Part shown: one piece after another, positions 25,101-40,100 of the stretch
Layout of the letters: each line of letters begins with the position of its first letter
Numbering within the stretch: position 1 is the first letter of the stretch
Assembly (NCBI GenBank): GCA_021613535.1
Contig: CP075496.1
Span: forward strand, 12,338,001 to 12,402,000
Length of the DNA: 64,000 nt
Source of the DNA: Adineta vaga
Taxonomy: Eukaryota > Animalia > Rotifera
Reading direction: 5' to 3'
Translations under genes and position numbers: made by a program
Notes under the pieces: generated by a model
What the model was told of the DNA's origin: nothing
The model's database searches: none
Seen by the model: the letters and a program-made list of their open reading frames with translations, nothing else

Positions 25101-28100
25101 AATCTTACCTCCATCACAAGCCCAATTTTTATTTATACATAGAGTATTGTTACAAGTAAAACGATCTGCTGGACAATAGGTACCGTTTGGATAACGTGGT
25201 GCACAGCCAGCTTCATCCGAAACATCCGCACATTGTGGAATTCCATCACAACGACTTGTATTACTAACACAATGACCAGATGCACATTTAAATCTTCCAT
25301 CAGGACATGGTCGAGCAACTAGAATAGTAGAATTTTTTTTCTTTGAAACGAACGCTTCATAAATCTTAATAAACTACTCACCACAATCAGTTGTTTCATC
25401 CGATGTATCACCTGTACCACAATCATAATCGTGATCACAAACCCTATAGTAGACAAAAAAAGAATTAACAAAAATTTTATGTAGATAATTTTGAATTTAT
25501 ATTTCAAACCATCGTTGTGGGATACATCGACCATTAGAGCAACGAAATTCATCTTCACTGCACTCTCGATAAACTGAAAGAATATATTTTAAATATCATA
25601 ATTGACATTGAATCTCAGTATTGCCAAAACTTACTGCATGTTTCTGGATCTTCATCAGATCCATCACGACATTCGTTTCGATGATTACTTAAAAAACAAT
25701 GTGTAAGATTGCGCCGTATGCATAGAGAACAGCTGTCAACTTACCAGCGCCAACTTCTTGGAATGCATCCACCATCATTACATCGAAAATGACTTGCATC
25801 ATTACATAATGGACATTGATTTGGATTTTCATCACTATTATCTCCACAATCGTCTCGTCCATTACATCGTGCTAGATTCGAAATACATTTGTACGAATTA
25901 GGACATCGCACTTGATCAGGACGACATGGTCGATTGCCTTTAACGAAACTTTATATCTTTAATACTCGATTACAGACATAACTTACGACAGAAATACGCA
26001 TTTTCATCACTATTATCTCCACAATCATTATCCAAATCACATTCATACGATGCCGTGATACAATGACCATTGGTACACGTAAATTGATGATGAGAACATG
26101 TACGATTACCACAATTTAATTCATCACTACCATCCGAACAATGTCGAGCACCATCACAACGGAATCTCTAGAAAGAAAAAGAAGAGAAATGATATCATCT
26201 TTTCTGAAATGAAAATCATTCTCTTGTATAGTAACCATTGGTAAACATGCACCCGAATTACATCGAAATGTGCCTGGCATACACCGACATTCACAATTTT
26301 CTTCATCTAAATATATGATCAATATTGATATTTCACTATGAATTCATGACTTTTTTTACCTGAATTATCTCGACAATCATCCATACCTTTGAAAGGGAAA
26401 AGACAGAAACTAAATATCTTTATCTTTTATAAAAATAACTTTATTCTACCATCGCAAACGAATGAAATCGGTGTACAATTTTGATTTCGACATTGAAATT
26501 GATTTGCTGCACATTGTCTCTGTGGACAAGTCTTGGTTCATCTGATCCATCTTCACAATCAATTACTAAAAAGAACGTCGGTGTTTTTCTTTCGATTTCG
26601 AAAAGAATGATGAAAGAAAAAGGAAAATCATACCTCCATTACATTTTGCTGACCAAGGAATACATCGTTCATTTGGTGAACCACAACGATGTTGATTACA
26701 ACTACAATTGGTCACACAAGTTCGATTATTTCCATTATTAAGAAATGAAAAATATTCAGGACATGCACAAGTATACGATTGATTTGCTGATAATAAACAT
26801 AAATGTGAACAACCACCATTATTTGTTCCGCATGGATTTGGAACTACAAAAAAAAACAGACATGATCAGTTGTCTTCTTGTTTGCATATGTTCACTCCTA
26901 CTTTGTGGTTGTAAGGATGGATGAATAATACTAATAGCAACGACTTCATTGATAGTATCTGGTAGAAGAACATGTTTATTTGAACCATTCAAGGCATCAG
27001 CACGAATTAATGAATGATTTGTAAAATCAGACCAAACAACATAGCCATCGATAAATCCAAGACCGAGAGAATATGGCACATAATCATGACCAGAAAATGC
27101 AATCTTACGTTCACCACCATTATAATTACTGAATCTATAGGAAAGAAGGAGAGAAATTTGTTAACTTCCACGTATAAATAACTTACTCCAATCGTTGTAG
27201 GCGTCGATCAATCCAAAAGATTCTTTTCGTAATAATATCAATAGTTAAACCTAATGGTCCTGCTGTATCTGTTCCGATAATTTTAACAAAATTACTTCCA
27301 TCTAAATTAATTCTTCCAATATGTGGTTGACCCCAATCTGAATAAAATAAATAACCAACTAATGGATCAATAGCTAAATAATTTGGTTGTGATAAATATC
27401 TCGAATTCAATAGTGTTATTTGATTGCGACCATCCAATTCACAAACACGAAGTTCAGGCATACTCGATAATTGATATAATTTTCTTCCAATCCAATCAAC
27501 AGCTAATGCTCGAAGATATCGCACTTGATTTCCTTCGATAACTGTTGTTGATTGTGTACCATTGAAATTCATACGATAAATTTTATTAGCCATATTATCA
27601 CCAACATATAATTTTCGATCTTTCCAATCGTATGTGATAGAAGATAAGTCCAGAAAACCACGAGCAATAGTCATTTCAGTTTGCTCATCAAGATCAATTG
27701 CACGGATATAATATTTGTTTGTATATAATACATGAGGAATAATTGTTCCTAGATAAACAAGAAATCGATTGTAATGAGATAAAGAATAAAAACAAAAAGA
27801 AAACTTACGATTTGTTCGATAACAACTACGTCCATCAAGACCTTTTTCATAACCAGATGCACATTTACAAATATAGGAACCTATGATAAAGAAATTAATT
27901 GACAAAGTTTTTATTTTTACCACTCCTTCTCTACCTTGAGTATTTTCACATAATTGTTGACAAACACTTGGCGTTTCAACACATTCATTAATATCTAAAT
28001 AGGAACAAATCAATAGAATATTTCTTCGGAAAATATGTAACAATATTCTAAAGAAACTATATTGTATTCGTTATATATCACAACATGATTGATGAAAATT

Positions 28101-31100
28101 TTACTAAATGTCTGATATACTTTTTAGATATGTATTAAAACGACACATGACGTATATTTGCGATTTAATTAATTGCAGTCGAACTAAGCTGTCATTCAAC
28201 AATTTCAATCAAATTCTTTTGTATCTTTCCTTTTCGTTACAAATCCTTTTCACTTAAACATACTGTATGATAAATATCACTAGAATTAAAAGTTCATATT
28301 TGTAAATGAATATTCTTACCCCAACAATTCTTCTTATTTGTTGCTAATTTATAGCCAGGTCTACAGGTACATCGAAAAGAAGTTAGCGTATTAATGCACC
28401 CATGTTCACAACCGCTTAGAATTGTCGAAGCACATTCATTTACACCTATTAAAATCCAATCCAATCAATTGATTTCAAATAAAAATATCTCTACTAACCA
28501 CAACTTGCTGGTTCATCACTTCCATCTGTACAGTTTCTTACACCATTACAAACAACTTCATATGGTATGCATTGTTTATTACGACATTGAAATTGACCAC
28601 CTGGACATTGTTCTGTTTGACATAGAGATGGTTTTTCATCGGAGTTATCATGACAATCGTTACTAAAGAATATAGAATTGTAATTGATTGTTTCTTTTTC
28701 TTTCCTCAAAACAAATTATAAACACAATACTTACAAACCATTACATGTAAGTGATTTAGATATACATCTTCCATTTTCACATCGATATTCTGTGCTTGTA
28801 CAATTTCGATATTGTGAAGCTAGTTTATAAGAGAACAGAATAGAATAAAATTAGAACAGAAAGAAAAACAACAACTAAATTTCATCTTACCACATGATGC
28901 TGGTTCGTCTGATCCATCACCTAAACAAATATCAATGATTTTATTAATGAAATTCTAAATTAAAATAAACAAACCGCAATCATTATCATGATCTAAATAA
29001 AGAGAAAAATAGTTATCATTCACTTTCAATGGAGAAACGATTACGTACCACAAACATATGAACGTGGTACACAAAGACCATTATCACATTGAAATCTAAA
29101 AATATCATCATATTTTAAATCGATGATTTTTGTCCACCTAAAATATGAACATACTGAGAAGCAGACGAACAATTACGTCGAGTACAATTTGCTTCATCTT
29201 CTGCGCGCATACAATTGGCAATGCCATTACAAACGGCTGATTGATCGAGACATCTTATTCGTGGATTGTTTTTCAAACCAGTTGGACAACGAAATTGTGT
29301 TGAACGGCAAGACATTTCGGCTAATAGAAGACGAAATGTTTTTGTTGTTTTTTTTTTGCAAAAAGAAATCATTTCTATATAATACAAACCACAATTATGT
29401 CGTTCATCTTCGTCACTTCCATCTCTAAAAAATTCAAAAGAATGATTTGAGAGAATATTTTTCGATAAGATTTACCGGCAATCATCAATACCATTACATC
29501 GCTGATCGGGACTAATACATCGGCCATTATCACATTTCCAGAGTTCAATTGGGCATGTTCGATTCGATGAACGACAATCCGCTGGTTCATCAGTACCATC
29601 GGCACAATCACGTCGACTATCGCATACCCAAGAATATGGTATACATCGACCATTTCCACAGCGAAATTCCGCTAAATTCATATCGGAAATCATAATTTAT
29701 ATAAAAAATAAAGCTTTTCAATACATACTTGTATTGCATTGAATGCTCTGACAAAATATTGGACTCTCATCACTATTATCACCACAATCATTATCACCAT
29801 CTATTCAGAAATATAAAATGATAATTTCGTTATTTTTATCGATTTTTATTCCGTACCACATAAATAACTTCGTTGAATACATATATTATTATTTGGACAT
29901 TTCATACTATTTGTACCATTACAAATGCGCGATGGACAACCAATTTCATCAGTTACATTACCATCATTACAATCATCAAATCCTATATATCGAAAAAAAC
30001 ACAAAAGAGAATAGATTGTCTCTCTTAGAGGTAATTACACGTACCATTACAACGTTTAAACGTGTCAATACAGCGAAAATTGGCACAAGTAAATTGTCCT
30101 TCCGGACATTGCGGATATACACAAGGTTGGTATGGATTATTTTCATCACTACCATCATTACAATCTGATAATAAACAAAATAATTATTAGAGTTTTTGTC
30201 TTTCCTTCCTTTATTATAAATATTTTACCAATCTTTCGATCACATCTTTCAATATATGGAATACAACCACCACTTAAACATCGATATTCAGTTGGTCGAC
30301 AAGTATAAGCGGCTAAAAAACAAATTATAGAAATGAAAGAAGTAAAACTTAATCTTTTTCTTACAACAAAATCGTGTATCTTCATCAGAATTATCTGAAC
30401 AATCTCCTTGACCATCACAAACTTTACGTCTTGAAATACATTGACCATTTCGACAAGTAAAATTAACTGACGCACATGACGATGATAATGCTTAACAAAA
30501 AAAAAATCAACCAATAAAAACTTATGCTGTGTCTCTCTCTCTCTCTGTTCATCTTCACTTCACTTACGAACACACATTCGTCGATCATTTGCTAATTTCA
30601 ATTGTTGTCCACTTGGACAAGTACATTCAACTTGATTATTCAATCCTGTTTTGCATATGTGACTACAACCACCATTACTGATATTACATGGAGAAAATGA
30701 ACATTTCTGACGTTGATCAGAAACAACATGAATATCCATTGGACGATATGGAAGATTATTCTGCATTTCAACCATATTTGCACCAGTATATTTTTCTGCA
30801 CGATAAATACCGCCTAGATATATAAACGAATACTAGAAATAAAGTATCCTTATAATGCAATAACTTACGAAGAGTCCAATCAGTCCAATATATATAATGT
30901 CCATGAACAGTTATAGCAAATGGATGAACAACTGATGAAATAACTTCACGATTTGTACCATCCAGTGATGCGCGTTCAATTCGGTCGCTAAATGAATATA
31001 ATTTAATGAAGAATCTTGAAGAAATATCTTAAACTAATACATACAACCATGCATCTGCCCAGTAGATTCGATCATCATCAAAATCAATTGTTAATCCATT

Positions 31101-34100
31101 TGGCCAACGAATATTAGTTGTAATGAGATATGTTACTTGTCGTCCAGTTAATGTCGAACGACGAATGGATGGACTCGGTCCAACATCTGACCAGAATAAT
31201 AATCTAAGTTTTTGATAACGATACAAAATTTAATTTGAATTCCTACTATTCTGACAAACCCTTTGCATGGATGGACAGCAATTGCTCTTGGACGTGAACT
31301 AGCTGCAATAATAACTTTTTCTGAACCATTATTTCTTGCTGATATAATTCTTCCATAGGTTTCATCTGTCCAATACAGACGATCAGATACCCAATCATAT
31401 GCAATACCTACTGGTTGTGAACGACCTTAATACAAAGAAGTAGAAAAAACAGAAAATTTCTTCGAAAATCAGAGAAGTCTCGATATAAATTATACCTGTT
31501 ACATTTGATTGTACTAATCTCGTGCATTTGGATTTGGATCATCCATATCAAATGAAAATATATCTTGAACTTGAATATCACTGAAAATGAAGTGATAAGA
31601 AATAAAGAGAAATATATGGCAAATACTTTACGTGTAGAATATCTTCTTATCTCGATAATCAAAATCAATTCCAACAGCCATACTCAAATTTCTAATTGTT
31701 CTCCATGGTGCACTTGTTGCTAGACCATGAGGTTGCATTGACATAGAACGAATTTCTTTTTCCATAGCCACAAGTAAATATTCATTTGGGGCTTCAAAAA
31801 CAAATCGAAATTCAATCAAATAAACAACTTATTTATTGTATAAAATTATTACGTTGACAAGTACGTTGATCAACACTTAATGTACCAAACGCACATGCAC
31901 ATTGTGGTACACTTGTCCCAGGCATAGAAAAACAAAGATCTTCACAGAATCGTTGTCGTACAGTTGATGATTGACAAGGTGATTCATAATTGGGTTGCTC
32001 ATCAAATAATGCCATTCCACCGACTTCATAACTTTTCAATGATAAAACGGATTCTAATCGTTGAGTCATATTACTAGCTGTTTTATTGATACGCAGTATC
32101 TATCCAGAAGAAATGTATTTACTATGATGGAGATTACAGATCAACAGAAGTGTCTTACTGATGAAAATGCTCGATCCATGATGTATAAATCATTATTAGC
32201 AATAAGTAATGAAATTGCTTTAGGAATATTACGTGAAACTGTTCGACGATTTTTTCCATCCCATGAAATAACTTCTACTGTATCACGAATTATATCTGAC
32301 CAATAGACATCATCAGTAAGATAATCAATTGTGATTGATTCTGGTCGAATAATTTGTGTTGTAACAAGATAAGTAACATTTTCACCATTGAGAAATGAAC
32401 GAGTAATATGCGCACGTGCACCACGATCACACCAATACAAATATCTATATGAGATAATAAAGAAAAAGTATGAATTTGATTTTCTTTCTTTACCTTCGTT
32501 TAGGATTCACAGCTAGAGCATAGATTGTTTCATTTGTACCTTTTCGTAAAATTAATCGATGATCTGTTCCAAGTCGATTAACTTCCAAATGACCATATTT
32601 ATTAGATACATAAGAAAAATATAAATTTCCAGCTATCCAATCGAGTGCAAGACCAAGAACATAATTTTGTTCCGCTGCAACACTTATTTGAAGATGAGTT
32701 GTTACATTCCATGTTCGATTATCTGTCCAAATTGCTCGACGTATTAGACGATTTGCATGTATCCAATATATTTCACGTGTTGAATATCGAACAGACAACA
32801 TTTCCATATTATTGCCTACGAAAACAAAAATGAACTAGTTTTAACATTCAAAACGAAACAATCTTACCAGCAATTAATGGCATAACATCTTCTCGTGTTG
32901 AATCATTGGAACGATGATCAAATGCTCTCAATAATGAATGTGTACTATAGATAATATATTGTTGACTCTTCGGTGAACATGATCGTCCATCACTATTTAA
33001 CTTGTATCCAATAGCACAATCACATGTTGGTGTATTATGATTAATTGAATCAATTTGAAAACAAAGTTGTTCACAGTATGACCCATAATAACAATAGGAA
33101 TTTAAAGCTAAATGAAATAGATGTTTAGAAGAATTAAAGAAGAACAGTGCATACATACCTTCATAACGTGGATAAGCTCGAACTTGGATTGGATCACGTT
33201 GATTAACTCGTACTGGAATAATATCTGTAATTGGATTTAAATTATGATCAAACCATTTTTTATAAACTCCCTCTAAATCACTATCAACAAAAAATAAGGA
33301 ATAATGTGTTGATGATATATCATCATTTTCATTCGTTTGAACAGATGATGTCGGTGATGGAGGAGTTAAATGAGTAAGAAAATCAAAACCATGTGGACGA
33401 CTAACTTCAACATCAAGAACTTTTGTATCACCTGAATCCATACAATGATATGAAATCTGAAACAGAATCAAATGAAATTATTGGAAAAAAGACAAATCCT
33501 ATCTATTTACTTTTTGTATACCGGTATCACTCCAGAAAATACAATGAAGATCGAGATTATAAACTAAATAATTTGGTTGTAGAAGATTTTCTGTAATAAC
33601 ATTCTCCGAATGTTTTCCATCGAACCGAACACGACCTATTTTTATAGGAACTTGTCCACCACCAAGATCAATCCAATAAACATATCTATACAAATTTTCG
33701 TTAAAAGAAAATTTTATCTTACAACAAAATAATTTACCCATTCGTTGTATCAAGATCTAATGCAATTGGTCGCATAATACCGGTTTCATTTTCCTGACTA
33801 CTATAGATCACTGTATGATATTGACCATTGAGTGAAATAGCATCAATACGACTGTGATAAAAATTGACAATAAACATATTTCTAAAAGAGAGAAGAATTG
33901 TAAAAAAACAATATGATAATTCAGAATAGATTTTACCGTCCAACTGCATCAACTTGCATAGTACCAATTTCCATTCCGACCAGAATTTCGTCATCACCAT
34001 AAAATACGGTTTCATTAGTACCATCGAAACTAATTCGACGAATTTCATACTAAATCAAGAGATGGTGCGTTTTAATCACCCTAAACGAATATTCATCTTT

Positions 34101-37100
34101 CTCATACCGTTAATGAACCATCTGGTAGGATGCCTTTCGTTTGTGTCCAATAAATCGTTTCGTTAGCTTCATCAAATGCAAATTCATAACCATGATCAAT
34201 ATCTGTAACAGTAACTAATCGTTCCCATAAATCATCATAATTGGAATTTTCGTCAACATATCGTTGATCATGTCGCACGTTTATTCCTCCAATTGTTCGA
34301 CTTCTCATATAAATAATAAATGGTGAATAATCTAGAAACAATAAAGAATAAATTTCATCGATTTTCTTCTAAAAACAAATTCGAACCTTTTGTACATGTA
34401 AATTGATCTCGTTCAAGATAAAAACCAGTCGAACACGCACATGTATAACCCGATGATGCAGTATGTGAAAGAAGACAAAGTTGTGTACAACGAGCTTGTT
34501 GACATGGATTTGCTCCTTTAAGTTTTACATGAATAAAAGTATGAATGAATCGAAAGAGAAAAGAAAAGCTTTGGTTTTTACCTGATGGTTGATAAATCTG
34601 ATGAGATATTTTTAAATGATTGATGCCTGACCGTGATAATATTCTCGTATGCTTTTGAGCTTTAATACCATGTTCAAATCGATTTAAACGACGAACTTCA
34701 TTGGAATTGGAATCAAACCAATAAAGATAATTTTCAAAAATAGCAATTGACGTTGGTGCATGAAGAAAATGTGTATTTGCGAGAATTTTTCGTCGATTCT
34801 CTCCTGTATAACTCACGACTTCAATATAATTCAAATGTCGATCACTAAAATAAACTTTTTCACGTATGAAATCTAATGTTAAACCAAATGGCATTTGAAT
34901 TGAATCATTAACAATAGTCATTCGTTGTTGACCATCCATACTGCAACGTTCAATACGAGGATTTTTACCCCAATCAGTAAAAAATATAAATCGAACACCA
35001 GGTCGTGGATCAACTGCAATTGCCCATGGATTTGTTAGATTTTCATGTAATAATATGCGACGATGACGACCATCAGCCGATGCGACTTCGATATGTTCTA
35101 GTATGTAATCTGTCCAATATAAATTACGTCCGATCCAATCGAAGGCAATACTAGCAATATAACTATTACCACTTGAAATAATCTAAATGATTCTAAGTCA
35201 AATTAATTTTATTCATACATAATTACTTACTTTAGTGTAATTATTCGCTCTTGAAGAACGACTGTAGATTGTATTCGATGCTAAATCAGACCAGAAATAG
35301 GTGTCCGTTCGATTATCAACATCGAACGCAGAAATATAACGTATATCAGAACCGAGTGTCACTTGGCCAAATGTTTCTAATGTTGGTGAAAACCAACCAA
35401 TTGAAGAACCATATGCAGCTAACAAACGAATACCACTCTCATCTAATAAGCGAAAAACAAATTTATAATTTTATGAAATGTTAAAACGAAAACAAAACTT
35501 TCAATATTCTCAAATGACTTACTAATAATTTTACAACTTCGTCCATCTGGTTGTAAAATAAATCCTTCACCACATCCACATACAAAACTTCCATTCGTAT
35601 TCAAACAATATTGATGACATGTAAAAGGATCTTCGACACATTCATCAATATCTAATCAAACACATAATTACACTTGCATCAAATTTTTTAAAATTTCATT
35701 CGTCATCATTACCTTCACATTTCTTATAATTTGTCGAATTAGTAACATGGTAACCAAGTTCACAGAGACATAAAACGCCAAATGGTGATGCATGACATAT
35801 ATGACTACATTCACCATTGTTAACAGAACATTGATCAGTATTACACAATGGAGATTCATCACCACCACCAGGACAATCGGGTTTACTTTAAAAAAGAAGA
35901 GAAAAACTTCTTGTCCAACAATGATAAATAAAACTAATTGATAGATACCCATCACAAACTTGTGAAACATTGACACATTGATGAATTGTTGTATCAGGAC
36001 ATGGTATTTGATTATCTGGACATGAAAATGATGCAGCTTCTACAGTAAATTTAAAATTTAAACATAATATTTCCTATAAATCTAAATGAATACTAACGAC
36101 ATTGTTCTGTATGTTCATCAGATCCATCTTCACAATCATCCTATAGAAAAAAGAAAAAAAAATATTCAAATCATTTCAATGATAAGAAGAAAAGAAAGTT
36201 AGATTACTTCATGATCACAGACCCATGTTTCCGGAATACATTCACCTGATGACAAACAACGAAATTCGGTCGATGTACAATTTCGAGCACCTACAATTAC
36301 AATATCCAATTAAATATGTTGTAATAATTGATCGAAAAACTACTGACCACAAGTTGATGGTTCATCAGATCCATCAGCACAATCTAAATCGAATCACTTA
36401 GATAGATGTTCTTCTCTATATTAATCAAATCAATACCTCGATGACCATCGCAACGCCAAGCCTATATTTAAAAAAAAACATTATTGATCTGATATCGTCG
36501 AGATTTCAACTTACATTCGGTATACAAGTTGTTCCACAACGAAATTGATCTGCTCGACAGAAAGTTGGTGTAGAACCTGCACAATTTTGTTCGTCTTCCA
36601 TTGATGGACAATCTACATTGATAATTTAAATTATTAAGCAATTATTCTCTAAGAACATCGTCACTTACCTGAAATACCATCACATCGACGTGTTGCATTG
36701 ATGCAACGTTGATCTCGTGTACACAGGAATTGACCAGTACCACAAGAAATTGGTGGACAATCGAGTTCTATAAAAGGATAATTTTTTTTAGAGAAAAACA
36801 AAGCGAATACACTTTTCCAAAAAAACGAACCATCTGCGTTATCACCACAATCTATCAATATAAAGAACAAAAAAAAAGTTGTCTTTACACTATTTAACTA
36901 TGAAATCTTACCATTTTGACCATCACATCGCCAAGCTACAGCATAGAAAAGAGATTAAACTAGAGTAGAAAAGAATTTTTCTGTCAACATACCAGTTGGA
37001 ATACATTTACCAGGTGTATGAGGACACGTGAATTGTGTTAATGGATCACAAGTTCTTTCTGAAAGAGACACAAGATTTTTTTTTCTAATTCTCATTAATA

Positions 37101-40100
37101 TTTACCATGACAATTTTGTTCATCACTTGAATCACCACAATCATTTTCTATTTAGAGTAAAAAGAATAATAAGACTTTAATTGAGAAAAAAAGAAAAAAC
37201 AAGTTTCTTTTTACTACCATTATCACATAGCCATGATTTTGAAATACATCTTCCTGTTGCACATCGAAATTGATTGTCAGCACAGGTTTGACCTTTAATA
37301 TAAAAATTCTTTCGAATCTATCATAATCTAAATCTTTTCTTTATTTTACTGCAATTTGATTCATCTGAACGATCTAGACAATGAGCATAGCCATCGCAAA
37401 CAAGTTGCTTGTTTATACAAACACCAGTACTGCGACATTGAAATTGCGTTGTACGACATTGTGGTGTACCAGCTATATTTATACATTCAATAAAATGGAG
37501 AAACTATTTCATTATATATATTACCTGGACAATTTTGTTCATCGGTATTATCATGACAATCATCATCTGGAAAAATAAAATACAAAATAGAAAGTATAAT
37601 AATTGTTTAGAATCAGTTCAAAGAATTAACCTCCATCACATCTATAACTTAATGGTATACATCGACCATTTCGACATTGAAATCGTCCAATACATGATAT
37701 TTGACTAGGTTCAGCTTCGGAATTATCCACACATTGAATATTATTCATTGAATTCAATTTTCGACCATAACGACAACCACATATTCGTGTTAAAGTACCT
37801 TGTTCTCGTTTAGGAAAACAGAAATCTGAACATTCACCATTATTAGTCCAACATGGATGTGTAACTAGAAAACAAATGAGATATGAACTCTATATCTATA
37901 CTTTATTCGTTCTTACTATTCATTGGTTGTGATGATTCTGCATATACTCGAACAGTTGAAATCGCCGGAATATTCGATCGAATTGCAGAAGCATAACCAC
38001 TAAGAGATAAAATGAATAGCTCATTATTGACATTCATTCGCAATATATACAATACCTATATGTTTTACTACTTTCAAATACACTTTCCAATGTCATATCA
38101 GTAAAATACAATCGAGCTATAAAATATAATTGTAAAAAAACATCAAATTTCCTAGAATGTTTTCTATTTTCTTACATCCTGAAATTGCAATGCCGAACGG
38201 ATGAGAAATTGATCGCCCTCTCAATGATTGAATATTTCGTCCATTATAATCTGAATATTGTATACGTGATAATGTACCATCAGTCCAATAGAGACGTTTT
38301 GTCATATAATCACATGTTAAATGATAAGGAGTACCTAATTCATTGGGAACAATTACGTTACGATTTGTTCCATCAGATAACATTCGATAGATTTTTGCTG
38401 GACGAGCGATTGTTGAATAAAATACATATCTACATTGAATTTTAAATTATTTACCATAGAAATTGCTTATATACTAACCCTTGTGATGGATCTAAAGTAA
38501 TTCCATATAGACCAATAGTGTCATTCACTAGTACACGTTGAGGAAAATCTGTTGTATTCATTCTTACAACAAGTATTTGTCGTTCAGTAGATGATGTCAT
38601 ATAGAGTAATTTTGAAAACCAATCATATATCATAGCACTAACTAATGGAAAGATTTTTGATGTTGTTACGGGTTTTGGTTCTATAATATCATTATAAAAT
38701 ATATTATTATCAACAACAACAAAACATGTGAACTTACTTTCCCCATCCATATATGAGACGTATATCATTTGACTACGTTCCGAATAGAAATAGACAAGCT
38801 TTTGTCGATAATCAAAAACGGAATCCATTATGACAGTTCGTGGATCAGGTACAATTGGTGATCGAGCTTCAATTTTTGAATCACGGTTAAAATCGATTCC
38901 ACGAATAGAAAATAAACGTGTAAGAAGAAGAAAATCTTTCACCGCTAGAAATAAAAAATTTGCATTAAACAATTAAAACAAATAATTCTTTAATCTTACG
39001 TTCACATGTTTTTAAATCTGATTTCAATCGAAAACCTGATTGACATCGACATTGATAACTATTTGCTAATAAATTTGCTCGTCCAAGTAAACATAAATGT
39101 TCACAACCACCATTATATGTCCCATTACATGGATTAATTCGATCTGGTTGTTTTGTTTCATGATATACACTAATTCCTCTTGGTCGAATAAATGATTGTG
39201 GTTTATAAAAATTACTTGTATTTGAGCTAAAATGTCGCCGAAGTTGCAATACAGCACCTTTCATATCATCAGTTAAATAGAGGTTATTTTCGAATAGATC
39301 AATGCCAACAGTGAAAGGAATATTTTGACTACCCGATGTTATAGTAATACTGAAAGAACAAAAGTCACGAATGTTAAATATTTCAACTTTGAGAAAAAAC
39401 ATAGATTGAACGTTACCGTCTTGCTCCATGATAATCACAGCTTTCAACATGATCAAACGATCGATCTACCCAATAAATTCTCTGTTTAATATAATCAATT
39501 GTTAAATCACTTGGTTGATCTAATTTTTGATCAATTAAAACTGTACATTGTGAACCATCAAGAAGGCAGCGAAAAATTTTTGCCGATACTCGATGTAAAT
39601 CACCTTCATCCGCAAAGAATAAATACTCGGCTATTGGATCTATAGCAACTGCTACTGGTCGATGAATACCGCTTGTAATGATATTTGTTTTCATCTGTTT
39701 TCCATCTAATGAAAACATATCAATACGTGCTAATTCAAATTCGACAATATATAATTTATTCGTAATCCAATCCACGGCAATCGAAACAGGTGTAAGAATA
39801 TTTTTCTCAAGAATAAGTGTTGCACTCGATGATGATGATGATGATAGTGATAATGAATAAATCTAAAATATATCGATAGATAATAAAGGACAAATTCATG
39901 TGCATCAATGATATTTTACTTGATGTGCTCGAGAATCAGTAAAATATAAGATTCGATTGCGATAATGATAATCAACTGCATTAATCGTCATATTTTCTCG
40001 ACCAGTATACATTATTCGAGCATTTCCAAGTCGATCAATTTCATATATTTTATTTGCTATTGCTACAAACATTTTCATATTATCGCCTAAATAGTCAATC

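Noticed and set aside
27995-28318. Second long LRP2 intron containing tgatga..ctga
   Set aside because: It has no long ORF, TSD or terminal repeats. The box C/D-like words are antisense to the host and too close together.
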